A stretch of 64,000 nt of DNA, from assembly GCF_009914755.1 (NCBI RefSeq), contig NC_060944.1. One strand, given 5' to 3'. The stretch comes from the human T2T-CHM13v2.0 reference genome, Homo sapiens. Below the pieces are notes generated by a model. It had not been told where the DNA came from. It did not search any database and saw only the letters and a list, made by a program, of their open reading frames with translations. Each line of letters opens with the position of its first letter. Position 1 is the stretch's first letter. The position numbers and the translations under genes were made by a program. Of the stretch, positions 29,093 to 42,532 are shown in pieces.

Positions 29093-31799
29093 AGGGACCC
29101 TCTCCATTGCCACTCCTGTACCCATCTTGCTCTCTTGAGCTGTGCTCTGGGAGCGCTGTGGTATGAGCACAGCTTTCATTCCCGGGCACCCTTCTATACA
29201 GTGGCTCTCTCTTCTCTCCTTACCCAGTAAGCTGGACTGGACAGTCCTTAACAAAATGTGAAGTCTTCTGCTTAGGCACTAAATGGCCAACCCTGGCCCT
29301 CTGTTTATTTTTCATTATCTTCCTTCTTTATTGTTAGAGGCCTTCCCAAGCAGTGGGCAAACACCAACCCCAGCTGTTCTCCTCTCATTTTTTAATTTGT
29401 GGAGCAATTGAGAGAGAGGAGAGAGAAAGAGCAAAAACAAAAAGGAGGAAGAATTTTCTAACCCCTTACTGGTCTTACTGAAAAGACTTGTCTTACCTTT
29501 TCCACCTAAGGATGTCATCTCCAGAAGACAGAATTCTTCGGTTTGGCCAACTGCCAGGTTTTTCTCACCATCTTTCCATTTCTAGGTTGATTCTCCTTTG
29601 CTCTGTCTCTTGCTGTCCCTGGCCAACTGGGTTTCTCTTCCCAAGGTGATTAGAAGGAAAGGGGAAAAGCATGGGGCCAACACCATGACCTTTGAGAGAG
29701 AACTTTCCTAACAGTTGCTAAGCTCAACATTCTACCAAATACTGTTCGCCCTGGTTTTCATAGGAAAATCCCTCTCCTTTGCCACAATCTCATCTTTACC
29801 TCAACATGGGCTCTGAAACTAGGTGCATAGTGAGCATTGACTTGCTTTCTTTTCCCTCCTTTCTTTTGTGAAGTCATACTTTCAACTGGAAAAGATTGAA
29901 ATGCCAGCTGTGTAAGAGTTTAGGTGAAGCATGCTGAGTTCTGCAACTTATTTACTATGAAATGGATTAAAAAATGCTGATGGATGGATAGACCGATGAA
30001 TGAAGGGCTAGATATTCAAAAAAGCTAGTAGCATAAAGTGTTCATTGTAGAATCTAGCTGGTAAGTATATGGGTATACTACCCATATATATCACATAGTA
30101 TATACTTACGCTGTATAAATATACATAATATTAATTTTTTTCAACTTTGTAAAAGAAAAAGTTAGAGAAGAGAAGCATTAACCATAAATTATAGTAGTGG
30201 GATACATTTGAAAACAAAATGTTCATTTCCTACTTAACAAATGCTTAAGGCTTGTCTTGGTTTTCAGGTGAACTTTTTAAAAGGTTGTATTAGCATTGTT
30301 AATTGTTCTACCTTCAGTTTACCTTCAAGGTTTAAGGGACCTGGAAAAGATGTAACAGTCGAGTCTAGAAAAATAGTCTAAAATTCTAGCCGTTGCCCTT
30401 AGATTTTGTAGTTTCTTTGAGCTTGTCACATATTGCTTGTGAGTATGCTATTGAAGTCATTGTATTACGGTTGTTTTTCTGTGTCATTTCCTGAGGGCCT
30501 TTGTGGTGGCAATAGTAAGAACTTATTCCAAAGATAGGATTTCTTGTTTCCTCACCTGTTCCACACACTCCCATGTTAAATTGGGCATTCTGAATCTTTT
30601 CCAGAACTGAAATATGGATTTTTTCCCCTGCATTGGGCATGTTTGCTTTGTTTTATCTGCTTCTATAAGAGAGAGGGAACAATATAAATCCAGTTCAGCT
30701 CCCTGGATTATTTTTTGATATATCAATAAAATGTTTAAAGTTATTGGAAATTGTTGCATTTGAAAAGTTCTTAACTATTTTACTTTTCTGAAATGAAAAG
30801 AAGAGCAGGCATCTTGTCTTTGCTGTCCTCAGGTGGGAAAGGGCAGCTTGCTGAGGACTGAAGACTAAAATAAACCCTCCCAGGAGAGGAACCGGCCGGT
30901 GACCTTGGCTGCAACCACCTTGCAGATCAGCTGCTTCATTCCTTTCCATATTTTGTGGCCTGTGGGGGGAATCAAGTGTCACAAAAGCAGGAAGAGAGCA
31001 GTTTGAGGAAGACTCCAGAGGCACTGCTGGTAAAAGTGCTGACGTGATCTCCTGACCCTTTCCGTATGGCTGGAGGACTGGTGGTTTTATAGTGACCATT
31101 CAGGTAGCTGGGAGGAGGCAATCCTCCTGTGAAAAATAAGCTGTAAGAAACTGTTGCAACAGTTGTGTTTTTTTATACTCCTCATGTAATAATAAAGCGG
31201 TCTAGAATTTGGATAGATGCCGTTACATTTTTGCATTGGAGGTATGTTAAAGAGCCCATACTGAGCTAATAGAAAAATAGAAGTTAACTCACTCTTCTGA
31301 GCAAGTAGAAGTTTATTGAAAAACTGAATGATTTTGGTGATTTTTAAATTTGTCACCTGGCTGGATACATCACAGTGTGGTGGGAAGAATGTGAGCTCTG
31401 AAACCTGGGACCTGGGTTGTCCCATCTGTAAAATGAGCACAGTATTACCTTTTTCATTGGTTTTGGAAGTATTGACAGGGAGATGGTGAATCTATAGGAC
31501 TTTTCTTATTGCAGATACTGAGAATCTTCGTCCCCATTTTCCTTCCTTTCCTATAGATGCTGATATTATAAAACAAGATTTTCATGAGGCTCAGAACTAA
31601 TTTCTAATGAATTCACTTATTCCTCCTCTTCTGTGGGCTTCTGCTCTTTCTTCTGTACAAGTAGAAAGGAATTAAGAGTCTGCAAGGCACCGATGTTGAG
31701 GAGCTCACTGTATCACATTATTCTCATTTTGGGACCCTTTTCCTACCTAATAGTGCTCTGTCCCTGGGACTTTACACAGTGACATTTCTGTGGATTCTA

Positions 31800-32700
31800 A
31801 TCATTTTACCTTCCCATTAGCAACAGCAAGTGTTCTGATTTCTTTCCATCCTCACCAACACTAATTTTTTGTTTTTTTTGTTTGTTTTTTTTAAATTAGA
31901 GCTTTCTTAGTAGGTATGAAATGGTACCTCCTTGTGGTTTTGCTTTATATTCCCTAATGACTGATGCTATTGTTCACCTTTTCACTTGCTTGCTGATCAT
32001 TTATACCTCTTCTCTGCCCTTTGCCCATTTTTTAAGTGGGTTGTCTGCTTTTTTGATGTTGTTGAATTCATTGTAAGACTTTTTTTTTTTATATGTACTG
32101 GGCACTTGATCCTTTTCAGATATATGACTTGAAGATATTTTCTCCCATTCTGTAGACTGTCTTTTCATTTTCTTGATAACATCTTTTGATACACAAAAGT
32201 TTTTAATTTGACAGTCAAATGTATCTATTTTTTCTTTTTTTCCCACTTTTCTTGTCATATGTTAGATCCCTTCATATTTTGTTGTTATATTTAAGAATCC
32301 AAGTTTATGAAGAATTACCCTAAGATTTACACCCTGTGTTTTCTTCTATCAGTTTTATGATTTTTAGCCCTTATATTTAAGTCATAGAGCCATCCTGAAT
32401 ATGATGTGAGGTAGGGGTCTAATTTCATTAATTCGCATGTAGATATCCAGTTGCCCCAGCACCATTTATTGAAGAAACTATTCTTTCCAAGATTGAATCA
32501 TCTTGGCACCCTTGTCAGGAGTCTATTGGCTGTAGATTTGTGGGTTTATTTCTTGATTCTAAATTCCATTGCATTGTTCTGTATGCCTATACTTATGTCA
32601 CTGACACACTGTTTTTATTACTGTGTCTTTTGTAGTAAGTTTTGAATTCAGGAAATGTGAGTCCTCTAGCTTTGTTCTTTCCCATTATTATTTTGGCTAC
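31800..32700 (-). mobile_element. Old L1M fragment
   Basis: catcctcaccaacac...ttctcccattctgtagactgtc...gatatccagttgccccagcaccatttattgaa. Confidence 0.85.
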
Positions 32701-34595
32701 TTGGGGGGCTCCTCTTGAAGGAAGAGTTTTATTTTATAAATAAAAATGTAATACTTTTATTATTGTTTTGTCCTGCAGTGATTTTTCAACTATGGTATTA
32801 TAGCTCAGGAGAAAGCAACTCCAGTAAATAATCATGTGATTGCATATGGGGTTATTATAGGCATGCTACAATCCAAGGGCTTCTTTTGCTTAAAGTTTTA
32901 CATTCTAGAAGCCCTGGAAACCTTGATGAGAACTACATCAGTGGTATTCAAAGCAAAGCCAGCGCACAGACTGCTAAGTTAAAGCTGCTTGTTAGAATTC
33001 CAAGGGGCCATATTCCAGCAGCCTTTTGGAAAAGAGCAAATGTATGAGCTTCTCATTTGCAGTGATAACTAGACACTGTCCTGATTTATGCATATGTTTG
33101 CCTGTACTAGTTATTGCCTTCAATTATAGAAGCAATTTTGAAAACAACTTTCTCTTATGTAAAAGAAAGCTGTGATACAGGCATCAAAATCAGGAAAAAA
33201 ATCAGAATTGTGATGAGAGAGAGTAAGGAAGAAGGCAGGTGATTTTCCTGGGATAAGTCACATTTGTTTCCAGTATGTTTGACCTCTAGACCATTCCTTT
33301 TTGAGTAGAGGAGACTATGTAGGATTTTCCTTTTGGAAAGAACTTTTGTCTGTGGATCCTTAGCAACTACTCTTTAAGCACTTCCAGATGGTCTTTAAAG
33401 TCCTCATCTAATGGAAGCTGAGAGATTGTTCCTGGGGGTTAGGGGGTGGATAGAAAAGGGCTTTAACTACTGGATACCTTGACAATGGGAAGCTATAAGA
33501 AGGAGACACATGTATTTTTCAGCTGACCCTCATCAAAATACAATTAGAAGTAGGTACATATGTGTGTTTATGTGTATATGTGTGTTTATGTGTATATGTA
33601 TTAGACACTGCTGAGCCTAGAGCACTGAGTGAAACACTTCAGTAACTATAATGGGAGAACTTCTTGGATTAGACAAACTAAAGGAGGAAGAAAGAAATGG
33701 GCTAGGGCAGAAGGCCCAGGGCCATCTTCATGGGTAGAGAAGGTTGACTTCTGGGCCCATGCAGAACCTCCTAAAGCTGAGATGGAGAGAATGCTGAGAA
33801 GCAGATTCCTAAGAGGCAGCTGATATCAACAGGCCTGACTCGGGCCAGCCAGAACTCACCACTAGGTCCTTGGTCTTCATGGTTTGGCAGGAGCTTTTGG
33901 CATCGCTGTGAGGATAACATTCTCATCTGGTGCAAACAACAAAATAAAACAAACCCCATGCTCTTAGAGAGTGCCTAAGACATTGTGAGAGTTTAATAAA
34001 TGATAGCTATTATTTTTGTTTAATATACAAAAAGAGTGGTTCTTAAAGGTCATCCCATAAAGCAGCCTTTTTTAAGGATCTCCAGAGGAAGTGTGGACTA
34101 CAGTCTCCTGTCTGATTCATCCACTGTGAGAGTTTATTTCCCTACGGGCGTGGAAGGACTAGCAACACTAAAATCTCATTAAACGGGTACAGAATGAAGC
34201 TGCTTTCAGTGGATGTGTGCTTTCAGATCTATCACAAGTGTGAGTAGTTGTCATTTTTTAGCCACTAAAATTGATTCAGAAATTCTGCAAACAAAGGAAG
34301 GATTTTAGGATGCAGTGCAGCCAGAAGAAGGCCACATGTCTCCTGCTTGTGCTCAGTGCCTTTCATGGAGGTTATTGTGCAGTATGGAAGGTCAGTAACC
34401 AAAGTGCATGCTGCAGGGAGAAATACCAAACTGTCAACAGGGATTCCCTTTCAAGGTTCCATTGGAGTTGGAAGTTTTACCTCTTTATTTTATGTTTTCT
34501 CAAGATGTGGTGAACTTATTTTTTTTTTATTTGGTACCTTTTAATACATCTAAAAACAGTTTTTACAACAAATCTGGGTTCTTTGTGTTTAAAAC

Positions 34596-34775
34596 TTTTT
34601 TCCTTCAAATTTTAAGTTCAGGGGCATATGTGCAGGATGTGCAGGTCTGTTACATAGGTAAACATGTGCCATGGTGGTTTGCTGCACAAGTCATCCCATC
34701 ACCTAGATATTAAGCCCAGCATCCACGAGCTATCCTTCCTGATGCTCTCCCTCCCCCTACTTCCTGCCCTCTAAC
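34596..34775 (-). mobile_element. Older L1PA 3' end
   Basis: ttttaagttcaggggcatatgtgcaggatgtgcagg...tacataggtaaacatgtgccatggtggtttgctgcac. Confidence 0.85.
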
Positions 34776-34879
34776 ATTTTTTTTGAAGGTTAAAAAGGAA
34801 TTATCAGAGTGATTATCAGGGAAAAAAGCTGGGAAATGTATTACACTTTTTTTTTCCACTGGTAATGAAAATGAACTAG

Positions 34880-35263
34880 GACTGATAACAAAATACCATA
34901 GACTGGATGGCCTAAACCCACAGTTCTGGAGGCCAGAAGTCCAAGATCAAGGTGTTGGCAGGTATAGTTTCTTCTGTGGCCTTTCTCCTTGGCTTGCAGA
35001 TGGCTGCTTTCTTTCTTTGTCCTCACATGGTGTTTGCTGTGTACACTCACATTCCTGATGCCTCTTTTTGTGTCCAAATTTCCTTTTCTTATAAAAACAC
35101 CAATCACACTGGATTTGGGCCCACCCCAACAGCCTTATTCTAACTTAATAACCTCTTTAAAGATACAGCCAAATACAAATACAATCATGTTCTGAGGTAC
35201 TTGGGGGTTAAGGCTTCAACATATGAAATTTGAGGGCAGTGGGGGATAAAATTTTGTCCATAA
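34880..35263 (-). mobile_element. MLT1A-type LTR
   Basis: aacaaaataccatagactgg...ctggaggccagaagtccaagatcaaggtgttggcagg. Confidence 0.82.
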
Positions 35264-35414
35264 TAAGCAGTATAGGGGTAAAGGAGAACATAGGTAAAGC
35301 AGGAACTAAGAACCAGAAAAGTGGGTCAAAGTTCAGGGCCATGAAGTTAAGAAAAAGTTTTAGGAGGGGAATCTGTAGACTGAAAATGGCAAAGAAAGGA
35401 TTTCCCTGACTGAC

Positions 35415-35830
35415 CAGTGTCTCAGTTGGCTTTCACAAAATAACAAACTACCCTCAAAATTTAGTGGCTTAAAACAGTAGCCCCTCATTTAACTCACAAT
35501 TCACTGGGTCAGCAATTTGGGCTGGCCTTGATTGGGAAGTTCTTTTGGTCTCCATTGGGCTCTCTTATGGGTCTCTGTTCAACTGCCAAGTATGCTGAGG
35601 GCTGGGTGGTGTAGGGTGGTCTTAGCTGGCATGGCTCATTTCTTCTCCATGTGTCTCTTGCTTTCCTGCAGAGTAGTTTGGGCTTGTTCACATGACAGCA
35701 GCAAAGTACCCAGAGTACGAGAGCAAAACCATGCCATAATTTCTGCCACAATTCTATTGGCCAAGGCAAGTCACAGGCCAGCCCAGAGATTCAAGAGGTG
35801 AGGAAATAGACCTTTTTAGGTGATGGCTTT
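35415..35830 (-). mobile_element. MLT1G/H-type LTR
   Basis: ttagtggcttaaaaca...attctattggccaaggcaagtcacaggccagcccagagattcaag. Confidence 0.68.
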
Positions 35831-36635
35831 AGGAGACAAGGATTATTTGACTGTCAAAGTCCCATGGCCTATTATATTTTATATTAATAACAGACTTTGC
35901 TTATATTCATGTATCAGAGAATAATAACCTGGAAAGGAATTACAAGCGTATTTATTTATGGGTGGTACTTCTGTATTCCCAAATTTGGAGACATAGTTTA
36001 ATCAGAGCATTTCTTAACAACGTTGGTTGGCTTTTATTTTCCTGTGTTGCTTTGTCATCCAGAACACTGGGAGAGATCCTAGGAGAACTCTGGGTGATAG
36101 TTTCCATTTTCAGAAGTCTGGGTGATAGTTCCCTTTTCTTCCCATATCTTACTTTGAATGAAGCCTCCATGGATGAGGTAGCCCAGGGGAAACCTCCAGC
36201 TATTATCTTGTGGGGTTAGGTCGTATGAAGCTCTTACAGGAGAACTGGGTCTTTAGGGTGTTGTGTAGGGGGGTAACTTAGGAAAATTCAGCCATAACAC
36301 CTTATACAGGAGATTATGCTGCATATAAACCCTCTTGGAGAGAGCTGCCACCTTCTTGCTGTATTCACTAGTCCTTGGTATCCACATGGGGCTCTGTTAA
36401 GGGAGCCCCCCCATCTAATTAGTTCAGGTGTTATATAAAACATGATGTATATAGCAGTGCTCCTTAGCCTCGTTGTGGGATAGTGCACCGAATTTCTATG
36501 GAGATGGGGAAGAACATATTAGCATTTTATAGGGCAGAGAGAGGAAACTTGTGTGTAGAGTCTGAAAATTTCAGTATTAAAGTTTTATATTTGGAAAGCA
36601 ATCATAAAATTTTCAGTACATTTACATAAAAAACA

Positions 36636-37170
36636 TCTTGGCAGATTCTTATATAGTTAAACATATACTAACCATATGACTCCAGCAATTTTACTTCTAG
36701 GTTTTGTTTCCCAAGAGAATGAAAACTTACATCCACACAAAGACTCGTAAACGTATGTTCATAGCAGCTTTAGTCATAATAGCAAAAACTGGAAACAACC
36801 AATTATCCGCCAACAGGTGATGGATAAAAAAGTTATGATGTGTGCATGCCATGGAGTACTGCTTAGCAATAAAAAAGCAATAGGTCATTGATACAAACAA
36901 CAAGTTGGATGAACCTAAAAAACATTCTGCTGGGTGAAAGAGGCACCTCACAAAATAATAAATGCTGGGTCATTTAATTTATAGAATGTTCTAGAAAAGG
37001 CAGATCTAATCCATAGTGATAGAAAGCAGATCAGTGGTTGCTTACATCTGGCATGTGTGTATTGAAGGAGGGTGATGACAAAAGAGTCCAAAGAAACTTT
37101 TGGGTTGATGGACAGGCCTCTAATATCTTGATTGTGATGCCAGTTAGCATAGATACATTTTATTGCATAT
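36636..37170 (+). mobile_element. L1MD/ME 3' fragment
   Basis: accatatgactccagcaattttacttctagg...aaactggaaacaacc...gatagaaagcagatcagtggttgc. Confidence 0.82.
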
Positions 37171-38192
37171 AGCACATACCTTAATAAGTTTGGCAATTTG
37201 GGAGGAATTGCCTATGTTTCTTGTAATGCAAGGCATCATTACCCTAGAACAATATAAAATCTTTATGATCATCAAAAGGGAACATGGGTTTGATTAAAGA
37301 TTAAAGCTTTGATCTACCTTTAGTTTAGGGATTATTCATTTGTCTCTAAATTGTCTATTGTTGAAAACAGTGGGCAGGAATAAACAAGAAAACCATTCAG
37401 AGTCTCATCATATTATATACCTGGCTCCTGTGACTAAGCCAATATCTTCTAAATTAAAACCAAATTTTAGGAATTCTTCAACAGAAGTATGGAAACTTCA
37501 CTTATTTAGTTGAATTATGGTAGCTACAGCTGGGTAAAGTTTGTAGGTAATTTTCAACATTTGATGCAGTGCAAAGGACTAAAGATCAGGTTTATGGTTT
37601 ATAGATCATATGTTTATGTCAATCAAATATTATTTCTTTGATGAAAACTGAGTGGTACAAGTGGGTAAATTTTTGTGTATGCTATGTGAGTTCTGGAAGA
37701 GACAAAAGTAAATAAGAACAGGAGAAAAATAGTCCCTTAGAATTATCAAAATCCTATTTTGGCTGTTCAGTCTCCGATAGTTTAAAAGATAAAGCTGAGA
37801 GAAAAAATATGATTGTAATATGTTTATTTGGGTTGAATGCTTGATGTAACTTAGGAAGAGAAACTTCTTTGCTTTTAGCATCAAAGAGTTTATTAGTTCC
37901 CAGATGTCATTCATTCCCCAGAGTGCTAGAGACAGTGATTTATATTGTCAAAGGCTGACAATGCCAAAATGGAAGCAGATTTTGTTTTACTTCTTAAGCC
38001 AAATCATAGTCTAGTTGAAATTACTCAAATGTATCTCATTTTAGTTTCATTTTGATAATCCAAAAATGAGTTTCAGATTTCATCTTCTAAATGTTTTAAT
38101 GTTAAATGATAATGATAATGACCTAAAAAAATTTTATGTTTCCGTCCTCATTAGTGTTTGCTAAATAGTCACTTTTTTGTAATTTTTTTTCT

Positions 38193-40260
38193 GTCATTTG
38201 TTCATTCATTTAGCAAATATTTATTGAGTGTCTACCATGCACCAAGCACTGTTCTAAGCACTTGGAAGAGAGCAATGTACAAAGACACATCCCTGATCTC
38301 ATAAAGGAACATTTTCTAATAGAGGGAAATAGATAATAAAAAGAAGTAAACACGTGAAAGAACAGGATAATTTCATGTAGTGATAAACATTAAGAAAATA
38401 AAAGGAAGTGGTATGGTAGAGGCTATGGTAGGATAGGTGATTCATTTGGATTTATGGTCAAAGAAGATTGTACTATGAAGGTAATGTTTGAGCTTAGATC
38501 CAAATGATGAGAAAGAGCCAGGAATGTGAACTAAGAGTACCACTTTCTAGATGGAGGCAAAAGCAAGTAAGTTTGCTTGTAAATAAGGTTGCAAGTAAGT
38601 TTGAGAAGAACTTATGTTTAACTAACAGTGGCCAGTGGGGAGCAAGTGGTAGATTAAGTCAGAGGGGTAGACAGCAGTTAGATGCATGATCACCTTTAGA
38701 CCTTCGTAGGAAGGAGTTTTTAAAATTGTTGATGTTTCTTGTTTGTTGTTTGTTTGTTTTAAATGGAATGGGAATTTATCGATAGGCATGCTCTGATTTC
38801 TATTTTAGAAAATCACTGCTGCAGTGGAAAATGAATTGGGAGTGTACAGTTGGGGATAAACTGGAAGCAGAAAAGCCAGTTAGGTAGCTATTGGATTAAC
38901 ACAAGAGTAAAGGCTTATACCTAAGTGCTGGAGGTGGTGACGTAGAGAAAATAAGCAAGTTTGGGAACTATTTTCAAGGCACTTCAGCAGCAGATGAGTT
39001 GGATACAGATGGTAAGGTGAATAAAAAAAGGCACTGAGGATGACTCCCAGGGTGCCAGATTGAACAATAGGTAGGAAATTTACTGAGATGGAAAAGACTA
39101 GAGGAAAAATATGGATAAAAAATCAAATGTTCTGCTTTAAACTTTAAAGCTTTGTATGCTTATTGAGTGTTTGAGTGTAAATGGCAAGTAAGCAGTTGGA
39201 TATATGAGTCTGGAGCAGTCAGATCCATGAGAGCTGGGGATGCAGAAGTGATTAATGGAAATAGAGACAGCCTCTAAAGCTTTGGGGCCATCTGTGATCA
39301 CCTAGGAAGAGAAAATACATAGAGGTGGGTCACTCAAACATGTAGAGGTTAAGCAAACCAAAAAAGATCAGGATTGTGGACAAGTGGTGGGTGAGGTCAG
39401 GAAAAACTTGGAGATTGTAGAATCACTGTCACTAAGAAAGAGAATGTTTCAAATAAGAGAGAGTAGTTCATTGGGTCAAATGCTGTCAAGATGATTGATG
39501 GAGTCAGAAAAGTGATGGTTGAATTTCAAAACCTGGAGATCATTGAGGACCTTGACGAGAGGAAAGAAGAATTGTAATTCGACTGGCCTGAGGAAAAAGG
39601 AAGGTAAGGAACTGAAATTTTCATAGGTTGACACTTGTAAGATGTTGGATTGGGGGTAATTTTATCATTGAGAAAGGGCATAGGAAAAAGAGGCTGGTTC
39701 TTTGAGGTTACTATATGATATAATCATTTTAGAGAGTGGAAATGTAAATACCCAAAGAAGGGTTACTGGACAATGCTTGAGTGTTCATTTGAGATTTGTC
39801 CTCATGCATTTAAAGTAAAGACCAGTTTGTTTGGCCATCAGTTTTCTCCAGCCAAACTCCATTACTGCAGTTGCTTAGTAGAGAATGAAGTGTAACCATG
39901 TTTGGGGAATTAACAAAGCAAGTATTCTGGAAAGAGAATGAGGCAAGGGAGTGAAGAGTGGTTGTAAGATGTGATGGACAATGGAATATAGGATGGGTAA
40001 GAAGGAAAGGGACACCTAAGGACTGTGATGGATAATGAAAGTGTGGTAGGGTCAGTGGAGTGTAGGCCTCAGATTGGTCATTGATGGACTTGGAGTTCTA
40101 ATAGAGAAGAGGACAATCATTGGGCAGGGAAGGGGTGCTTGCATCTGATTTTGAAAGGAAGTACAGTTGCTGGTGATGATGATGTCAAGCAAATGCACAT
40201 AGACATGGCTGACTGAAGTTGAATGGACAAATACACAATTGGAAGTTAAAAAGTCAAGGG
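38193..40260 (-). mobile_element. Long L2 remnant
   Basis: Begins ttcattcatttagcaaatatttattgagtgtctaccatgcacc, followed by a purine-rich L2 body; distal boundary uncertain. Confidence 0.72.
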
Positions 40261-42351
40261 TGTTGACCTCACCTGTGCTCCTGTTAGGCCATAAATGTTA
40301 AAATGTATTGATCCATAGTATTATAGAAAAATGTATAATAGTGTCTGTTTCCTTTGACTGTAGTTGATGTAAACTGACTCTTTTTCTGTAGTGGACAACA
40401 AACTATACATATTGTAGCCTCAGGCATTCAGAAAGACTGGTCTCTTTCCAAATCCCGCTTTCAAAAATCTCAGAGAAGACAATGACTCGCTCAGCATTGA
40501 TTGTGAGGCCTCTGCAGGAGCAGTCAGCTCTGACTGGCAGAATTCTCAGATGTAGAAGTGGGTTGTTGGGCAGATAATCCTGTAAATGCCCCTTGCAGAC
40601 ACCAGCTGGTTTACATCAGGAAGTGAGTAAGAAATGCTTGGGCAAGACACACTTCATGAACCAACTCTTATTGAAGAGGGATGAATGTAATTTAAGCTCC
40701 ACAGTCATTGTTTTTGGCATCTTCACGAGTGGTCTGGATTTTGTTATTAACTTACCTTTCCGGTTTAGCTCAGCAGGAAACTTAGCAGGCTGTGATTGTC
40801 TTTATCTATTCCAGGCCAGATATCTTTGTTGCCTAGATGCCTTGGCTTGTCTGTGATTTGTTTGTTTATAAGAGTTGTGCAAATCATAAGGGGATAGCTT
40901 ATTGGATATTCAGAAAGTGAATGAGCCCAGGTAACCTGATAAAGAAACAGGACATTCCCAATATGCGGGATCCCCCTTCAGGGCTTTCCATGGTCACCAT
41001 CCCTTCCCTAAGCGTAATCTCTTTCTTGACTTTTTATACCTTAGATTAATTTTGTCTCTTGATGTCTTGATGTTTGTACAGGAAAATCTGCTTATGGTAA
41101 GCAGGTACTCTGGCACAGATAAAACCAAGAATGTTTAAGTGACCTATAGGTTAGTGCTTCCTCCAAGGCCTGAAATCCTTGCTGTTCTCCACCCCTCCAA
41201 CCCTGCCAACCGCCGCCTTCCAGAACAAGGAAGAATAACCTTATAGCATAAAGAACTACTTTACCTTCAAAGTCTGCTGGTAATTATGTAATGATATAAA
41301 TTGATAGGACACAAGATCTTTTCAGGCTTTTCCTTTTGTGTGCGTGTGTTTTTTTGCAAATACGACTCTCTGGAACATTCATATCAAGAGTCCTGCAGAG
41401 AAGAGCCTACTTAGACTGAGCCTAATTGCACAAGGCAGTGTCTAATCTTTCGTGTGTGTGTCTGTAGTGGAGACCTCTCTCCTGATAATGGTAACAGATG
41501 CTGATTTTTAAGTGCTGTCTGTCCTTCTGCAACAGATCAGTGCTGGGAGATGTCAGACACCAAGGCAGAGCTTTCCTGGACTCATTTTGGATTGATGGGA
41601 GAGGCACTTATTTCAGACAAGCGGTAGCATTCTACGTGAGTTTCTATGGAAACTAACAATGTCAGATGAGATCAACAGCTGAATGCTATTTAATCCAAAG
41701 GCAGCTTAGGTTATGTGATTTTGGATAAAAGTTGTCCTGTAAGAAACAAAGGAAAAGATCATTTCTTTCATGGGAACAGACAACTGAAATATGATTTATT
41801 TACCCAGCCACATACAGATTACTCTTGTTATGTGTTGAACACATAGGACATCATGACACCTATGTGATAGGTTTTATTCTAATAACTTATCTAAATGATA
41901 CCTTCATGATACTGTGTCACAGAAATACAGATTGTGGAATAATGTGACATTCTCCCACAGGTCTTAAGAGAGAATGAATGAAAAAAAAGACGGCTTTTCT
42001 GTATTATACTTTATTTTTCCTCACTTTTCTTTACTGTTTTATTTATTGTGGTATAATTCACATGTGGGAAAATGTACAAATCCTAGGTCAAGACTTTTCA
42101 TATGTAGGATACCCATATCACCACTTCTCAGATCAGGATGTGTGTGTGTGCATACGTATGTTTAAACGACTATATGCTTGTCACACACATCCACATCCCC
42201 CAACCCACACCCCCATATATCCTAATCTTTATTAGCTGCAGCATGAGATAACCAAAGTGAAGTTATTGGAGGAAAGGTGGGTGATGAAGATTAGATTAAA
42301 GCAGCAATGGCCCTGAATGAAACGCTAAGGAGTTTGGACTTTTTCTAGTAG

Positions 42352-42532
42352 GAGCTTGCTCCTCAAGGTATTGTCCAAGGACCAGCAGCATCACTGAGGA
42401 GCTTGTTAGAGATGCCAGATCTTGGGCTCCACCTGATCTACTGCCTCCGACTCTCTGGGATGAGGCTCAGCCATCTGTGTTTTCACAAACTTGCCAGGGA
42501 TTTCTGTGCACACTCAAGTTTGAGAAGCATGA
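42352..42532. mobile_element. MER5A
   Basis: ggaccagcagcatcactgaggagcttgttagagatg...caagtttgagaagcatg. Confidence 0.8.

Noticed and set aside
33558-33600. Short tandem duplications (also ~9091, ~16629, ~56610)
   Set aside because: Two-copy slippage products without spacers; not CRISPR-like or functional arrays.
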